From the IMG/VR virus record IMGVR_UViG_3300021139_000002, positions 32,001 through 96,000 of that record: a DNA stretch of 64,000 nucleotides; one strand, written 5' to 3'. The stretch comes from a virus. Positions 40,601 to 50,673 of this stretch are shown piece after piece. A model generated the notes under the pieces. It worked only from the letters and a program-made list of their open reading frames with translations. It was not told where the DNA came from and ran no database searches. Position 1 is the first letter of the stretch. Every line of letters starts with the position of its first letter. The translations under genes were made by a program, and so were the position numbers.

Positions 40601-41090
40601 TAGCAGAATTAAAAATGTTTGTAAATTGCTCGTACCAATTAGAATTAGATGGATCGTTCCACGCGATTGTTGTATTGGCTAAATTAACACCTGTACTATC
40701 AGTAACGCTGTCTGTTGTACTGACCGCTGTTACTTTTAACAGACCGTTAGCTGTACGGTTTCTTTTAGGAACATAGCTGATTAATTGTGCTAAACGTAAA
40801 ATGCTATCACGACGCTGTGCTGTTTCTAAAAAGTTTTCACGAGCATTTAAATCAATACGGAAGGATAAGTTCTGTCCTAGGTAAGCAATGACATCAACTA
40901 ATGCAACAAATTCACTACTATCAATATAATCGTTGAAATCTTCAGGATAATTTTCTTGAAGATAGCCAATTAAAATGCGACGAATTGTTTCAAAGTCATA
41001 GCTCTGAAAGTCTGCATTTTTAAAAGATTGGTATATCTTTGTCCAATCTTCTGTTACCAGTAATTTTTTATTTGTTGATGGGATAGTCAT
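37653..41090 (-). CDS. Baseplate wedge protein, T4 gp6-like
   Basis: DFETIR..L, ENFLETAQRRDSILRLAQLISYVP, FADGTFG and QNRMVTGEDY. Confidence 0.85.
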   Translation of the reverse strand: MTIPSTNKKLLVTEDWTKIYQSFKNADFQSYDFETIRRILIGYLQENYPEDFNDYIDSSEFVALVDVIAYLGQNLSFRIDLNARENFLETAQRRDSILRLAQLISYVPKRNRTANGLLKVTAVSTTDSVTDSTGVNLANTTIAWNDPSNSNWYEQFTNIFNSAMPSVTIFGKPNDRNTLNGILTEQYQLNTTNQDVPVFSFLKNINGTPMNFEIVPATFSGQPYVYETAPKPAEQFSVIFQNDNQGSGSANTGFFALFKQGSIGVTSFNISNPVPNEIIGININNINDTDVWLWQLDPSGSYPSAPWTKVPALVGNNVIYNSLNQTIRNLYSVTSRDNDQIDLTFADGTFGNLPKGNFQLFYRQSNGMTYSIKPDQMSGIVVSIPYANKSGQNHVLTVTFSLQYTISNSSGPETNASIQKNAPQTYYTQNRMVTGEDYNIAPLTLTSNILKVKSVNRESSGVSKYFELSDVSGKYSSTNIFGIDGIVYKDNTEKNFTFTYSSRNDIFSVVKQQLEPIIDSNYFLNFYLDHYRGMASITLNSDLIDPTYEWNSSNVVTGQGRGFFYSKNRRLNVNVPQSVGTYTSSVLQYITAGAIIKFVPPKTSSGAQQYFLPNGKIVPQQTNKTVDYIWATVLQVIGDGSNVGQGNLSDGTGPIILGSRPGQGSIPVEIVPAFVNTLSYTFENDLVNLCLTQRNFGLRFDSSLRSWMIIEDTNLDLVNDFSFEYQGDVTNANKDSSWMVAFTWTGAEYKVRYRTTSFIFQSVNQTGFYSDPNDVNFDYTNNSVVKDKITVLSINTKTGTNESLGSDYVWQINGPIIEVDGYVDPSRVEVSFYNHQDSGTVGQLVDPDIFANIVGSSNDLGTSDGYAVFEFTTDGMSLTPVSTDQYVVFSSENAARGHYSNILDTEYLYYFVDTNTVKTVDSFNEFVLASNYVAYPGRADLSFHYQHNSGEEYRIDPSKSNLIDVYMLTSDYDTSFRNWLLTGSGSKPLPPSSQSLDNNYANILDPIKSISDEIIYQPVTYKVLFGTSADINLQAKFKAVKSSSSTISDNEIISKILEGINNFFALENWDFGQSFHFSELSTYIMNLLTPDITNFVIVPVVNNFGSLYEVTCQSNEIFISGARASDIAVIDAITAAQLNTTLIAG

Positions 41091-41134
41091 AATATTGTTC
41101 TACACCGTATTTATTTTATCTATAAACCACATAC

Positions 41135-41572
41135 TTAATGTGAGAGTAATCCGATTTCCTGATCAAAAGTTAATTTTAAATTAGTCGATTGATCAGTGCC
41201 TTTTAGTTTAAGAGTAGCTTCAACTATAAAACCTGTAGGATATTCTGTGACATTTATTCTAGTCGGTGTTACCCTTGGATCACTATTACAAATACCTGTT
41301 ATATCTTTATTCAGTGCTTCTCTAACATCAGGAGTCATTGGCTCCATTAATAGATCCCATACAATACTTCCAAACTGAGGATTCATCACTCGCTCACCTT
41401 TGCGAGTATTGAATTGGTTGATGATATCTTGCTTGATTAAATCTAAATCAAATAATTTTGCCGTAGGATTTAAAGGGTCAACGCTACTATAACCTTTATA
41501 AAATTGAGTTGTTTTTAAAGGTTGTTCTAGTACTGCATTGGCTGTGGTAATTTCTATTGACTTGTATGGCAT
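41135..41572 (-). CDS. Baseplate wedge protein, gp25-like
   Basis: TRKGERVMNPQFGS and DPRV. Confidence 0.9.
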   Translation of the reverse strand: MPYKSIEITTANAVLEQPLKTTQFYKGYSSVDPLNPTAKLFDLDLIKQDIINQFNTRKGERVMNPQFGSIVWDLLMEPMTPDVREALNKDITGICNSDPRVTPTRINVTEYPTGFIVEATLKLKGTDQSTNLKLTFDQEIGLLSH

Positions 41573-41579
41573 AGTGTAT

Positions 41580-43895
41580 TTATTGTCCGGACTTAACTGG
41601 GTTTCCTTGACTATCAGTTAGGATGGTTCCTCCGCCAGTGGTAACGTTTGTTGAGGAATTAGCCGAGATTGTACTCTTTAATTGTCCTAAGAAACATTCG
41701 TAATATCCCTTTTTCTTAGCATAGATATCAGGTGTACATAATCCTACCGCTTTGTACGCGGCTTCAAAATATGCAGGACTATTTTGATCAACTTTACATC
41801 TATCTTTCAAATACCAAACACTAACTTCTGCTGCCACTGCTGGGTCATTTAATAATTTTGGATTGTTTACAAGGTCGTATCCTGAAAGGTTTCCGTACTT
41901 GGTATAGTTTGCTCTACCAGTTAATTGAATATACCCTCTACCAATAAATGCCGCGCCGTCTCCAGGTTGAGTATTTCCTAATCCTCTACCTTTAGAAGTG
42001 TTGTAGCCATACAAGAATTCAGGAAGACTATTGTTAGGATTACCGGCATATTGCTGAGCCAGTGCTTGGTCGCCTTTGAATACACTTGGAAATACTTGTA
42101 ATAGTCTAGCGGCAGAATAATTAAATCCTTCCTCAACGGTTTTCCATCCGCTCTCTCCGCCCGCAATTCCTAACAATGCGGCTTGAGCATAAGGACTTGT
42201 AAATCCTAATTTTGCACACGCAGTTTTAATAGCTGCTTGTCCAGCTTTGCCAGCAGGTGCATTAATTTCAGCCGCCCTCTTAGGATCGCAAGTTCCGGGA
42301 ACAATGTCTGGTTGGTTGGCAGGATCTTGGACTCCTGAGTTAGGGTTAATCTCAGCGCCGGCGGCTGCTCTTGCAGAGCCCGGGCCAGTACTCAAAGTAG
42401 CGTCTGTTGCTTGTGAACTAAATTTTGATGGATTAACGTTCTCGTGCTGAGGCCAAGGTTCATGTGTTGGCACACGTTGCATAATTGAGGTAATTGTTCC
42501 TGTGTTATAAAACTTATCAGGACCCCAACCGTAATTTACATCTCTGTTAGGCAAGCTATGAATATCTAATAGTGGAGGTGCTTCTGCACTTTCTGGAGAA
42601 GTAGGCGCACTAGCCGGAGGACCGTTAAAGTGAACTTGAGCTCCTACCATTACAATATTGCCGTTGGCATCAACACTAAACACTCCGCCAGATCCTACCA
42701 TAACACTTTCGCCACCAATAAGGTTCATGCCATTTGAGGCAGCGGCCATGATATCTTTTCCAACATTTAAATGGAAGTCACTTAGTACGGTCATCTTTGC
42801 AACATCACCGATTGCTAAATCGTAATTACTTTTAACAGATATCTTACTATAATCGTCGATAGCAAGGTAATGATATCCGCCAATATTTGTTTCCATATTT
42901 TTAACTGATCTCATATGGATATCTCGACCTGCTTCAATATTAACATCTCGACCTGCTCGGAAGTTAAAATCTTGTTCAGTGTGTATACTCACGCTGTCAG
43001 CCGCATACATATCAATTTTACCATTACTGGTTAGTTCAATCCATGCAGACCCTTTGCTATTGCCGATATAAATTAAATCTTGGCTATTGTGCAACAATAT
43101 TTGATGACCGGTTCTTGTTCTTATTCTAACAAGTTCGTTCTGTCCGTTGATGTCCCCGTCGTCCATGACAAACGTACTGCCACCTAATCTACTAACAGGT
43201 GCAATACGTTTGCTTTCATAACCTATTTGTGCAGTTTTTCCGCCAGGGCTTGTATCTAATGGGCCTGGAGTACTAATACCAAACACACCGCTTGGAACTT
43301 CTCGTCTGGCGCTACTTGATGTAACACCTCTAGTAGTATCTAACAACAATCCTTGTTGTACTAATCTATCTGCAAAGGGATGTACTGGTTTTTTTATTAC
43401 GTTCGGATCTGGCACATCGTTTGTTTGTGTGCTTTTTAAAAATTCTGCAACAGGTAGATATGTTGTACCATATCTTTGTATCTGTTCAGGAGTCATTGAT
43501 GTTTGTTGACTGGCAGCAATCCCGGGTATCATGTGATTCTGAAACTGATCAGGAACACACCCCATCCAGTAACCTTGGTTAGGATCTCCATCAATAAAAA
43601 TAACCAGCACAACGGTTCCAATATCAGGAGGAACCATCCACATACCGTATGACTTTTGTACGTCATTAAAGTTACTGCTATTATTACCTTCGTATCTAAT
43701 AGATGTAACTCCGTAGAAAGGACTTAGATAACGAACAATATACGTGTCTGTTTGATAGTCAATAGAGTTTTGTAGTGTTTTTATTAAAGACACTTCTAAA
43801 CTTCCCATATATGTAGGATCAAGGTTATTGGTTATCTCAGCTAGGAACGGACCTGCTGAGGGTAACTTGCCTCTCGCTCTTTTCTCAACTGCCAT
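41580..43895 (-). CDS. Baseplate hub/spike (gp5/VgrG-like) with GH19-type lysozyme domain
   Basis: OB-fold PPDIGTVVLVIF, RTRTGHQ beta-helix repeats, and C-terminal FIGRGYIQLTGRANY. Confidence 0.85.
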   Translation of the reverse strand: MAVEKRARGKLPSAGPFLAEITNNLDPTYMGSLEVSLIKTLQNSIDYQTDTYIVRYLSPFYGVTSIRYEGNNSSNFNDVQKSYGMWMVPPDIGTVVLVIFIDGDPNQGYWMGCVPDQFQNHMIPGIAASQQTSMTPEQIQRYGTTYLPVAEFLKSTQTNDVPDPNVIKKPVHPFADRLVQQGLLLDTTRGVTSSSARREVPSGVFGISTPGPLDTSPGGKTAQIGYESKRIAPVSRLGGSTFVMDDGDINGQNELVRIRTRTGHQILLHNSQDLIYIGNSKGSAWIELTSNGKIDMYAADSVSIHTEQDFNFRAGRDVNIEAGRDIHMRSVKNMETNIGGYHYLAIDDYSKISVKSNYDLAIGDVAKMTVLSDFHLNVGKDIMAAASNGMNLIGGESVMVGSGGVFSVDANGNIVMVGAQVHFNGPPASAPTSPESAEAPPLLDIHSLPNRDVNYGWGPDKFYNTGTITSIMQRVPTHEPWPQHENVNPSKFSSQATDATLSTGPGSARAAAGAEINPNSGVQDPANQPDIVPGTCDPKRAAEINAPAGKAGQAAIKTACAKLGFTSPYAQAALLGIAGGESGWKTVEEGFNYSAARLLQVFPSVFKGDQALAQQYAGNPNNSLPEFLYGYNTSKGRGLGNTQPGDGAAFIGRGYIQLTGRANYTKYGNLSGYDLVNNPKLLNDPAVAAEVSVWYLKDRCKVDQNSPAYFEAAYKAVGLCTPDIYAKKKGYYECFLGQLKSTISANSSTNVTTGGGTILTDSQGNPVKSGQ

Positions 43896-43900
43896 TTATA

Positions 43901-46900
43901 TTACCTTATCATTATTTTATCTAAAGGACTTGTTCCTGCAGATTTACTACCAAATTTGTTAACTACAGAACTGCCCAAGTCTCCCACAATATTAACTGGG
44001 CCTAATTGGTTTCTAACTCCTATGAAGTTTCCTTCTAAAGATCCCGGTATTCCTGTTGGACCCATTAACGAATTTCTTTCTGCATATAATTTAGCACCAA
44101 GTACTAAAGCATCTGTACTATTGTTAATGCCTAATTTGCTTAGGTAATTGTTAAGAACAGACGGAGAGTTTGAAGCCGCAGTTTGTGCAGAGTCAGTGGG
44201 CAATTGATCTTGAGAAACATCTCGAACATTATTTGCTCCATAGGTCCTAGCCAGTGCTTGCAATCCTCCACGTGCTGTTAGTTGATTTAAGAAAGATTGA
44301 TCCGGCGCAGGGTTAGGAGCAGTATTGTACGGTGTTGTAGGTGGCAAATTAGCAATCCCATTAGCGCCCAATCCGTTTAAGTTTATACCCTGAGCAGATG
44401 CAATACCAAGATCAGTATTTTCTGGAGTACTACTTACTATGTTTTCTAGTTGTCCAACAACTTTACTTTGTAGGTTAGGACTTAGACCAGATAACTGACT
44501 TTGATTAACACCAAATAAAGATGCTATTGCTAGAGGATCTGCTTTGTTTCCTTGTAAAGCAGATTGTATATTAGTGCCTGCGTTGTTTATTAAACTTGCA
44601 CCACTATCAGGCATATTCGATACTGCGGATAGCGCATTTGTATTAAGTCCTGTGGCAATACCTGTTGTAGGTATCGCTGACGGCGGTGTTGCTAATTGTT
44701 GAGATCTAATACCGTATGCCGTTGTAGAATCTGTATTATTTTGTACAAGTTGTAGAACTGCTCCAACACCTATGCCGGATCCTACAGCAGTGGCTTGATT
44801 AATTTTTCTACCTTGTTCACCTAAGAACTGATTTAACAATTGAGCAGCAGGTCCTTTGACACCAAAACTATTTGCTAGTTGCATACCCATTGCTTGTACA
44901 TATCCGCCAGGACTATATACTCGTTGTTGTAGACCAACTGCGGCTTTGCTAGGTAGTGGCATTCCAAATGCAGGTTGGTATTGCCCGCCTGGTATAGAAC
45001 CACCAAATACTTGAGTAGACAATCTGGTCATACCTGCTAAATTAGAAGTTGCACCGCTGACATTAACTACTCCAACGGTTCCGCCTAAGCCTCCTGTCGC
45101 ATTTGTAAAATTACTCAATTGTCCAGGAAGTCCGGGACTAGGTAGTCCTCGATCAAGTTGTGACCATAAGTTTAATTCATCTGGTCGTTGTCCCGGAGCT
45201 TCATCAACTGCTGGTGTTTGGTCAGCGGTAACTGCATCAGATCTATTAGGAGTTAGTCGTGTATGTTTAGAAGGATCAGTTGGTGCAAATTGACCTTCGT
45301 TACTAGGAACTTTTTTAGCAGGTAGCTGTCCAGGTTGTCTTATCACTTCTAACGATTGTTTAAACACACCGTCTTTAATTTTACTATTACATTTTGTAAC
45401 TCTGTAAACACCACTAAATGGAACTAACTCTGCATCAAATTGCATTGCACCAGTTGGTCCTATATCTACTGGATTTAAAAAATTCAAAGTTACTAAGACC
45501 TCGCCATAGGTATGCGCTGCCTCCCCGTTTTCTAATTGTCTAGGAGTATTAGAAGTTGGTTTTATATTTTGATTACCAATGCCTCCGGTACATAGATAAA
45601 ACGGATCTCCTAGAATTTCTAATTCTCCCTGAATTAAGTTAGCCTTGCTATCTGTAATTGCATTATGCATGGCTTTGGCCATCGCATAGTAAGGATCTCG
45701 TTGTGTTTGGCCCCCGTTATCTTTTTGCTGGTCAGTTAATTCTGCCGTAGACATCGTAGGTGCAGTAGGTAACCCGCTTTTATTATAAAGGTCAAGAGAG
45801 GCAGCAGCCTTTTTTCCTGAGTCAGTAAGCGGAGTTACGTTGCCCAAATCAACCTTGTTTGATTTAGCACCTGCTTCTCTTGCTGGAGCACTATTAATAG
45901 CACTACCTAATACTTTAGGAATTGCTTCAAAATATAATAAATCAAATTTTAACTTAAAATTAAGAATATCTATATTTTGTCCAGAATAGATGTAATTGTA
46001 TTCACGAAGACTCATCTTGACTAAGGCGGTAGAATCAACTACTTGTTTTCCATAGTTAGGAATTCGTGTATATAAAATTTTATAAGGTGTGATTACATAG
46101 GTATAAGTTTGATATGGTTTATTCTTGTCAGGATCGATTGCATCTTGATTTTCGACTTCTACCTTAATTAAAAAATAATCAACTAATCCATCTTTAACAA
46201 CAGACTTCCATTCTGATTGAGAACTTAATTTTCTAAGTATTTCTCGAACATAATGACTATCTCTAATAATTGCTGTTATACATTCGTTTATGCTTTTACC
46301 TTCAGGAAATTGAACTACAGGATTACTAGGAGATATTTTATAAAACTCAGGATTCTTAGCGTTCTGTTCAGGAGTCGGCTTAGTTTGATCAGTTGGCTGG
46401 TTTGCTGTAGGTTTAGTATTAGTACCAGCGTCAGGAAATTTATATAAAGTATTGTCTTTTAATATTTCAGTAACTTTACTTTTAGAAATATCATTTCCAC
46501 CATCAACCCAGCCTTTAGCATCATCCCAAGAAGGAAATTTAATTTTGTAAATATCATATCCCTTGCCTGCACCTGCGTTCTTTGCTTCTTCTTGAACTTG
46601 TTTATTAACACCATCAATTAGGTTAGATAAGATTCCTTCAACGGTATTGCCGTTGATACTGATAGGTCTTTTAATTTCGCTAGGATTTCCTAATATACGT
46701 TCAGTATTAGGAACTGCTTTGACAGAATATTTTGTTCCTTTTTCGTCAACATTGATATCCATTTCTGTTATGGTTATTGTAAAATATCTTGTTGATTGGT
46801 CTACGGTTGAAGGTTCTGGTAAATCTGCATCATCAGTATACCCTTTAAATTCTATTCGAAGAACAAGAGTTGCACCAGAATAACTAGGATATCCGGCAGC

Positions 46901-47371
46901 AATAGATGCAACACTTAACGCTTCTAAAAATCCGTTTATACTATAAGGCTCAAATACGGTAAACGAAATATTTGTAGCCATGGTCATGCCAGTTCGATTG
47001 TCCGGAGTCATCAATGTTTCAATTTCAACATCGTCTATAAACAAATCAAATCTGCCAGGACTATGTTCGTTGAAGCCACCGACTAATCCTGCTACCATAG
47101 TGGCATTTGTGTTTGAACTAACAGCTCCGCCTGTGTACTGAATTCCTGTGCTACCTTTGCCGCCAGATTTTAAAATCACATAATCTAAATTATCTTTGGC
47201 CCATTTTTTAGGATCGCCTACATCTGCTTTGCTAACTGCTGCTAATGTAAAAATAGGCGTAACAGATCTATACTTGTTAAGGACGTTAGAACCTTTACCC
47301 TGAATAAGTTTAGGATCTCTATTAGGGTTTGACGGTTTTTCTGTTTTATTTTCTACAGCTGAATCTGCCAT
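43901..47371 (-). CDS. Baseplate hub protein (gp27-like) with long low-complexity C-terminus
   Basis: LEILGDP and FSGVYRV...F.Q.L hub motifs; adjacent to the gp5-like gene. Confidence 0.6.
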   Translation of the reverse strand: MADSAVENKTEKPSNPNRDPKLIQGKGSNVLNKYRSVTPIFTLAAVSKADVGDPKKWAKDNLDYVILKSGGKGSTGIQYTGGAVSSNTNATMVAGLVGGFNEHSPGRFDLFIDDVEIETLMTPDNRTGMTMATNISFTVFEPYSINGFLEALSVASIAAGYPSYSGATLVLRIEFKGYTDDADLPEPSTVDQSTRYFTITITEMDINVDEKGTKYSVKAVPNTERILGNPSEIKRPISINGNTVEGILSNLIDGVNKQVQEEAKNAGAGKGYDIYKIKFPSWDDAKGWVDGGNDISKSKVTEILKDNTLYKFPDAGTNTKPTANQPTDQTKPTPEQNAKNPEFYKISPSNPVVQFPEGKSINECITAIIRDSHYVREILRKLSSQSEWKSVVKDGLVDYFLIKVEVENQDAIDPDKNKPYQTYTYVITPYKILYTRIPNYGKQVVDSTALVKMSLREYNYIYSGQNIDILNFKLKFDLLYFEAIPKVLGSAINSAPAREAGAKSNKVDLGNVTPLTDSGKKAAASLDLYNKSGLPTAPTMSTAELTDQQKDNGGQTQRDPYYAMAKAMHNAITDSKANLIQGELEILGDPFYLCTGGIGNQNIKPTSNTPRQLENGEAAHTYGEVLVTLNFLNPVDIGPTGAMQFDAELVPFSGVYRVTKCNSKIKDGVFKQSLEVIRQPGQLPAKKVPSNEGQFAPTDPSKHTRLTPNRSDAVTADQTPAVDEAPGQRPDELNLWSQLDRGLPSPGLPGQLSNFTNATGGLGGTVGVVNVSGATSNLAGMTRLSTQVFGGSIPGGQYQPAFGMPLPSKAAVGLQQRVYSPGGYVQAMGMQLANSFGVKGPAAQLLNQFLGEQGRKINQATAVGSGIGVGAVLQLVQNNTDSTTAYGIRSQQLATPPSAIPTTGIATGLNTNALSAVSNMPDSGASLINNAGTNIQSALQGNKADPLAIASLFGVNQSQLSGLSPNLQSKVVGQLENIVSSTPENTDLGIASAQGINLNGLGANGIANLPPTTPYNTAPNPAPDQSFLNQLTARGGLQALARTYGANNVRDVSQDQLPTDSAQTAASNSPSVLNNYLSKLGINNSTDALVLGAKLYAERNSLMGPTGIPGSLEGNFIGVRNQLGPVNIVGDLGSSVVNKFGSKSAGTSPLDKIMIR

Positions 47372-47372
47372 T

Positions 47373-47672
47373 TTAAATTCCTAATGTTTTTTTCATTGCA
47401 CTCATTTTAGGAATGTATATCTTAACTCCTGGTACCATGTCATATGTAGGATCTTTTAGTATAGATGGATTACGGGCAGCAAATACCCACCATAAATTTG
47501 CATCGTTATATAAATCGTATGCTAATAAATCTGGTCTATTTTCGTAACTCTTTGTAATTGTAAAAACAACATCATCACTTTCAGCAGGAACCTGACGCCA
47601 GGTCATGACATCTAAGTAACCTAGACTTTGATCTGTATTGTAATACGGACTTGTGCTATTGTATTCAGCCAT
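47373..47672 (-). CDS. Baseplate wedge protein, gp53/LysM-like
   Basis: RPDLLAYDLY...LWWVF...N motif. Confidence 0.8.
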   Translation of the reverse strand: MAEYNSTSPYYNTDQSLGYLDVMTWRQVPAESDDVVFTITKSYENRPDLLAYDLYNDANLWWVFAARNPSILKDPTYDMVPGVKIYIPKMSAMKKTLGI

Positions 47673-48583
47673 TATAAGAATCCTCTACCTTTAAAAGAAC
47701 CATTTAAATATCCTGCTACAGAAATTTGTTGCATCTCTGCTCTGCTGTACATTGGTTTTAATATAACCGTTAATGTTGCACTTGTAGGAACACTTGCAGC
47801 ACCAAACGGTTGTGAAGATTCAGAGAGTGTATAAAAATCTACTTGGTCAGGTAAATCGTGTTTAAAACTTGTAATTGCTACTGGAACATTTTTTAACATA
47901 TATTCCCCATAAGCATCTAATCTGCAGATAGGTGGCGGAGTTCCTGCGTCACCATCTGGTCCAAATTTCATTTTAGTAAGAGATGCTAACAACCTTATTG
48001 TTGATAACCAAATAATTGCATCAGTCTCGTTCTGTACCGTGAATTTTCCTGTAATTGTTATATCGGAAACTGAACTACCTTTATAAAAATTAATTGTATA
48101 GTTCGAATGAATTGGATTTTGGCTTGTATAATCAGCCTTGTGTTCCATTGTAATTTGAGGAGTATAGGGGAAAATTATTCCTCCTAGATTAGAACCGCCT
48201 AATTCTGAGTAACTGGTTCCCTGTGTAAGGTCTGTAATGTAATTCGAAGGAACTCGAATACGCACTCTCATATCAGTACCGCTGTCTGACGATGTAACAT
48301 TGCCCTCGTCATTTACCGTAATATTAGTAACGTTAGTTACTGGTGAATCTGGTATAGGATCTCCTCCCGGTGGGACATCGCCGGTATCACGAATTGGGCC
48401 GTTATTTAAATCAACACGGCGAGGATCTTGTGCGGCAAAATCTGCAGACCCAGGACCGGAGCCACCGTGACCAGTACCGCGACGAGGATTTCTGTATACC
48501 ACGGTTCCGCCTGAGTTTAAGTTAACTCCTGTAAACCCATTCTGGGAATAAATATTTGATTCACCTAATATATTGCCCGGCAT
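47672..48583 (-). CDS. Tail-tube initiator/baseplate junction protein (gp48/gp54-like)
   Basis: IFPYTP and PPPICRL..YG...NVPV.ITSF tube-fold motifs. Confidence 0.6.
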   Translation of the reverse strand: MPGNILGESNIYSQNGFTGVNLNSGGTVVYRNPRRGTGHGGSGPGSADFAAQDPRRVDLNNGPIRDTGDVPPGGDPIPDSPVTNVTNITVNDEGNVTSSDSGTDMRVRIRVPSNYITDLTQGTSYSELGGSNLGGIIFPYTPQITMEHKADYTSQNPIHSNYTINFYKGSSVSDITITGKFTVQNETDAIIWLSTIRLLASLTKMKFGPDGDAGTPPPICRLDAYGEYMLKNVPVAITSFKHDLPDQVDFYTLSESSQPFGAASVPTSATLTVILKPMYSRAEMQQISVAGYLNGSFKGRGFL

Positions 48584-48637
48584 ATTATTTTCCTTATACG
48601 TTATTTACCCATTAAATAAAATGCTTACTTAATCTGG

Positions 48638-48665
48638 TTGACACATGTTACTTGTGTGTTATACT
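48638..48665 (+). promoter_or_regulatory. Sigma70-type promoter
   Basis: TTGACA-16 nt-TATACT. Confidence 0.6.
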
Positions 48666-48690
48666 ATCCATAAAGGACCTCCATTTCAAC

Positions 48691-49611
48691 ATGACACTCG
48701 GTTTAACAACAACAAGAAAAACAAAATACCTAAACAATAGAGACTTATTAGCAGAAATACATCGAAGTAAATGTTCGTTTTCAAGTTTTACCAAACCTGA
48801 ATACAGCCAATACGATGTTATTTTACCAAGTCTAGATAAAGTTAATATAAGAACTATTGCTGAAGCAAAGCGCAATAAAGCAAAGCGTATAGGATTACAC
48901 GCATTTACTGCTGCCAGACTAGCAGGTGATAAGAAAACAAAACTAGCAGAGCTAACTCCTGACTATACTAGCATTGCCAAGACTGATGTTATTATACGAA
49001 TAATGACATTTGATCATATTCCACTTGCACCCGGACGCAAGAAAACTACCAGGACAACCGCAGATGCCCACGATAAAGTTAACTTTCCTCCCTTCCAACA
49101 TTGGAAGTTTAACAATGAAGATGAACTTGTTTGCGTAGGAAAAAGCCATTGGAAAGGCACCGTAGATAAAGGGCATTTTAGCAAAGATCACGGACGTATT
49201 ACTGAGAATTTAGGTAAGATGTTTATTAAATTATCTGAACGTTACGCACAAAGATCCAACTGGCGCGGATATACTTACGTTGACGAAATGAAGGGACAGG
49301 CTATCCTACAACTAAGTCAAATCGGTTTGCAGTTTGATGAATCCAAGTCGGAAAATCCATTTGCATATTATACTGCGGCAGTCACAAATAGCTTCACTCG
49401 TATATTGAACTTGGAGAAAAAGAGCCAAAATATCCGTGATGATTTACTTGAAAGCGCAGGGCTAACCCCAAGTCTTACAAGACAAAACCAACAAGAATAC
49501 GCAGAAGAGACTGCACGTCAAGCAGAATTATATAAAAATATGCGTATGCCTAAGAGTGAAGAGGTAGGCATAGAAGAAGAGTTCGGCGAAGATGAAGCCG
49601 CAGATGCTTGA
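48691..49611 (+). CDS. Late-transcription sigma factor, T4 gp55-like
   Basis: YLNNRDLL, SNWRGYTY.DEM and FDESKSENPFAYYT; immediately before gp47/gp46 as in T4. Confidence 0.85.
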   Translation: MTLGLTTTRKTKYLNNRDLLAEIHRSKCSFSSFTKPEYSQYDVILPSLDKVNIRTIAEAKRNKAKRIGLHAFTAARLAGDKKTKLAELTPDYTSIAKTDVIIRIMTFDHIPLAPGRKKTTRTTADAHDKVNFPPFQHWKFNNEDELVCVGKSHWKGTVDKGHFSKDHGRITENLGKMFIKLSERYAQRSNWRGYTYVDEMKGQAILQLSQIGLQFDESKSENPFAYYTAAVTNSFTRILNLEKKSQNIRDDLLESAGLTPSLTRQNQQEYAEETARQAELYKNMRMPKSEEVGIEEEFGEDEAADA

Positions 49612-49636
49612 CCTTTGTATTTTTATACACTATACT
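49608..49636 (+). promoter_or_regulatory. Sigma70-type promoter
   Basis: TTGACC-17 nt-TATACT. Confidence 0.7.
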
Positions 49637-49659
49637 TTTAGTAGGAGAATTATAACTAT

Positions 49660-50673
49660 ATGAGCCTATTTAAAAAGGTAGCATGTTTTACAGACATACA
49701 TTTTGGACTCAAATCTAACTCAGCAACACACTTAAAAGATTGCGAGGAATTTGTAGATTGGTTTATTGAAACTGCAAAGAAAGAAGGTTGCGAAACTGCA
49801 ATCTTCTTAGGAGACTGGAGTCACAATCGTAATAGTTTAAATCTGTTTACATTAGACTCTAGCCTACGTTGTTTGGAAAAACTAGGCGCAGCATTTGAAC
49901 AATTTTTCTGGTTCCCAGGAAATCACGACTTGTTCTACAAAGACAAGCGTGATATTCATAGCTCTGCATTTGGAAGACATATTCCAGGAGTCACCGTGGT
50001 CGAAGAAGTAACTACCATAGGTGATGTGACCTTAGTACCGTGGTTGGTAGGTGACGAATGGAAAAATATTAGCAAAGTAAAGAGCAAATACATGTTCGGA
50101 CACTTTGAATTGCCCTTGTTCTACATGAACGCAATGGTACAGATGCCCGATCACGGTGAATTGCAGGCCAATCACTTTGTACATCAAGACTATGTGTTCA
50201 GCGGACACTTCCATAAACGTCAAAGTCGTGATAAGATTCATTATATAGGTAATGCATTTCCGCATAACTTTGCGGATACATGGGATGATGCTCGCGGCAT
50301 GATGGTCATGGATTGGGGCGGCACACCAAAATACATTGACTGGGAAAATTGCCCTAAGTATAGAGTAATTAAATTATCAGAGCTTATTGATAAAAAAGAT
50401 GCAATTATGAAAAGTAAGATGCATATCAAAGTTAATCTAGATATCGATATTAGTTTTGAAGAAGCAAACTTTATCAAAGAAACGTTTGTTGCAGATTATG
50501 ACATACGAGAAATTAGTCTAATTCAAGATAAGACTAATCTTGATGGAACTATCGACGACAACCCAGATGCTAAATTCGAATCTGTTGATCAAATTGTCAC
50601 TGAGCAATTAGTCAATATCGAATCTAAAGAATTTGAAAAAACAACTCTTCTAGAAATTTATAATAATCTATAA
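49660..50673 (+). CDS. Recombination nuclease subunit (gp47/Mre11/SbcD)
   Basis: DIHFG, GD, GNHD and GHFH metallophosphoesterase motifs. Confidence 0.92.
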   Translation: MSLFKKVACFTDIHFGLKSNSATHLKDCEEFVDWFIETAKKEGCETAIFLGDWSHNRNSLNLFTLDSSLRCLEKLGAAFEQFFWFPGNHDLFYKDKRDIHSSAFGRHIPGVTVVEEVTTIGDVTLVPWLVGDEWKNISKVKSKYMFGHFELPLFYMNAMVQMPDHGELQANHFVHQDYVFSGHFHKRQSRDKIHYIGNAFPHNFADTWDDARGMMVMDWGGTPKYIDWENCPKYRVIKLSELIDKKDAIMKSKMHIKVNLDIDISFEEANFIKETFVADYDIREISLIQDKTNLDGTIDDNPDAKFESVDQIVTEQLVNIESKEFEKTTLLEIYNNL

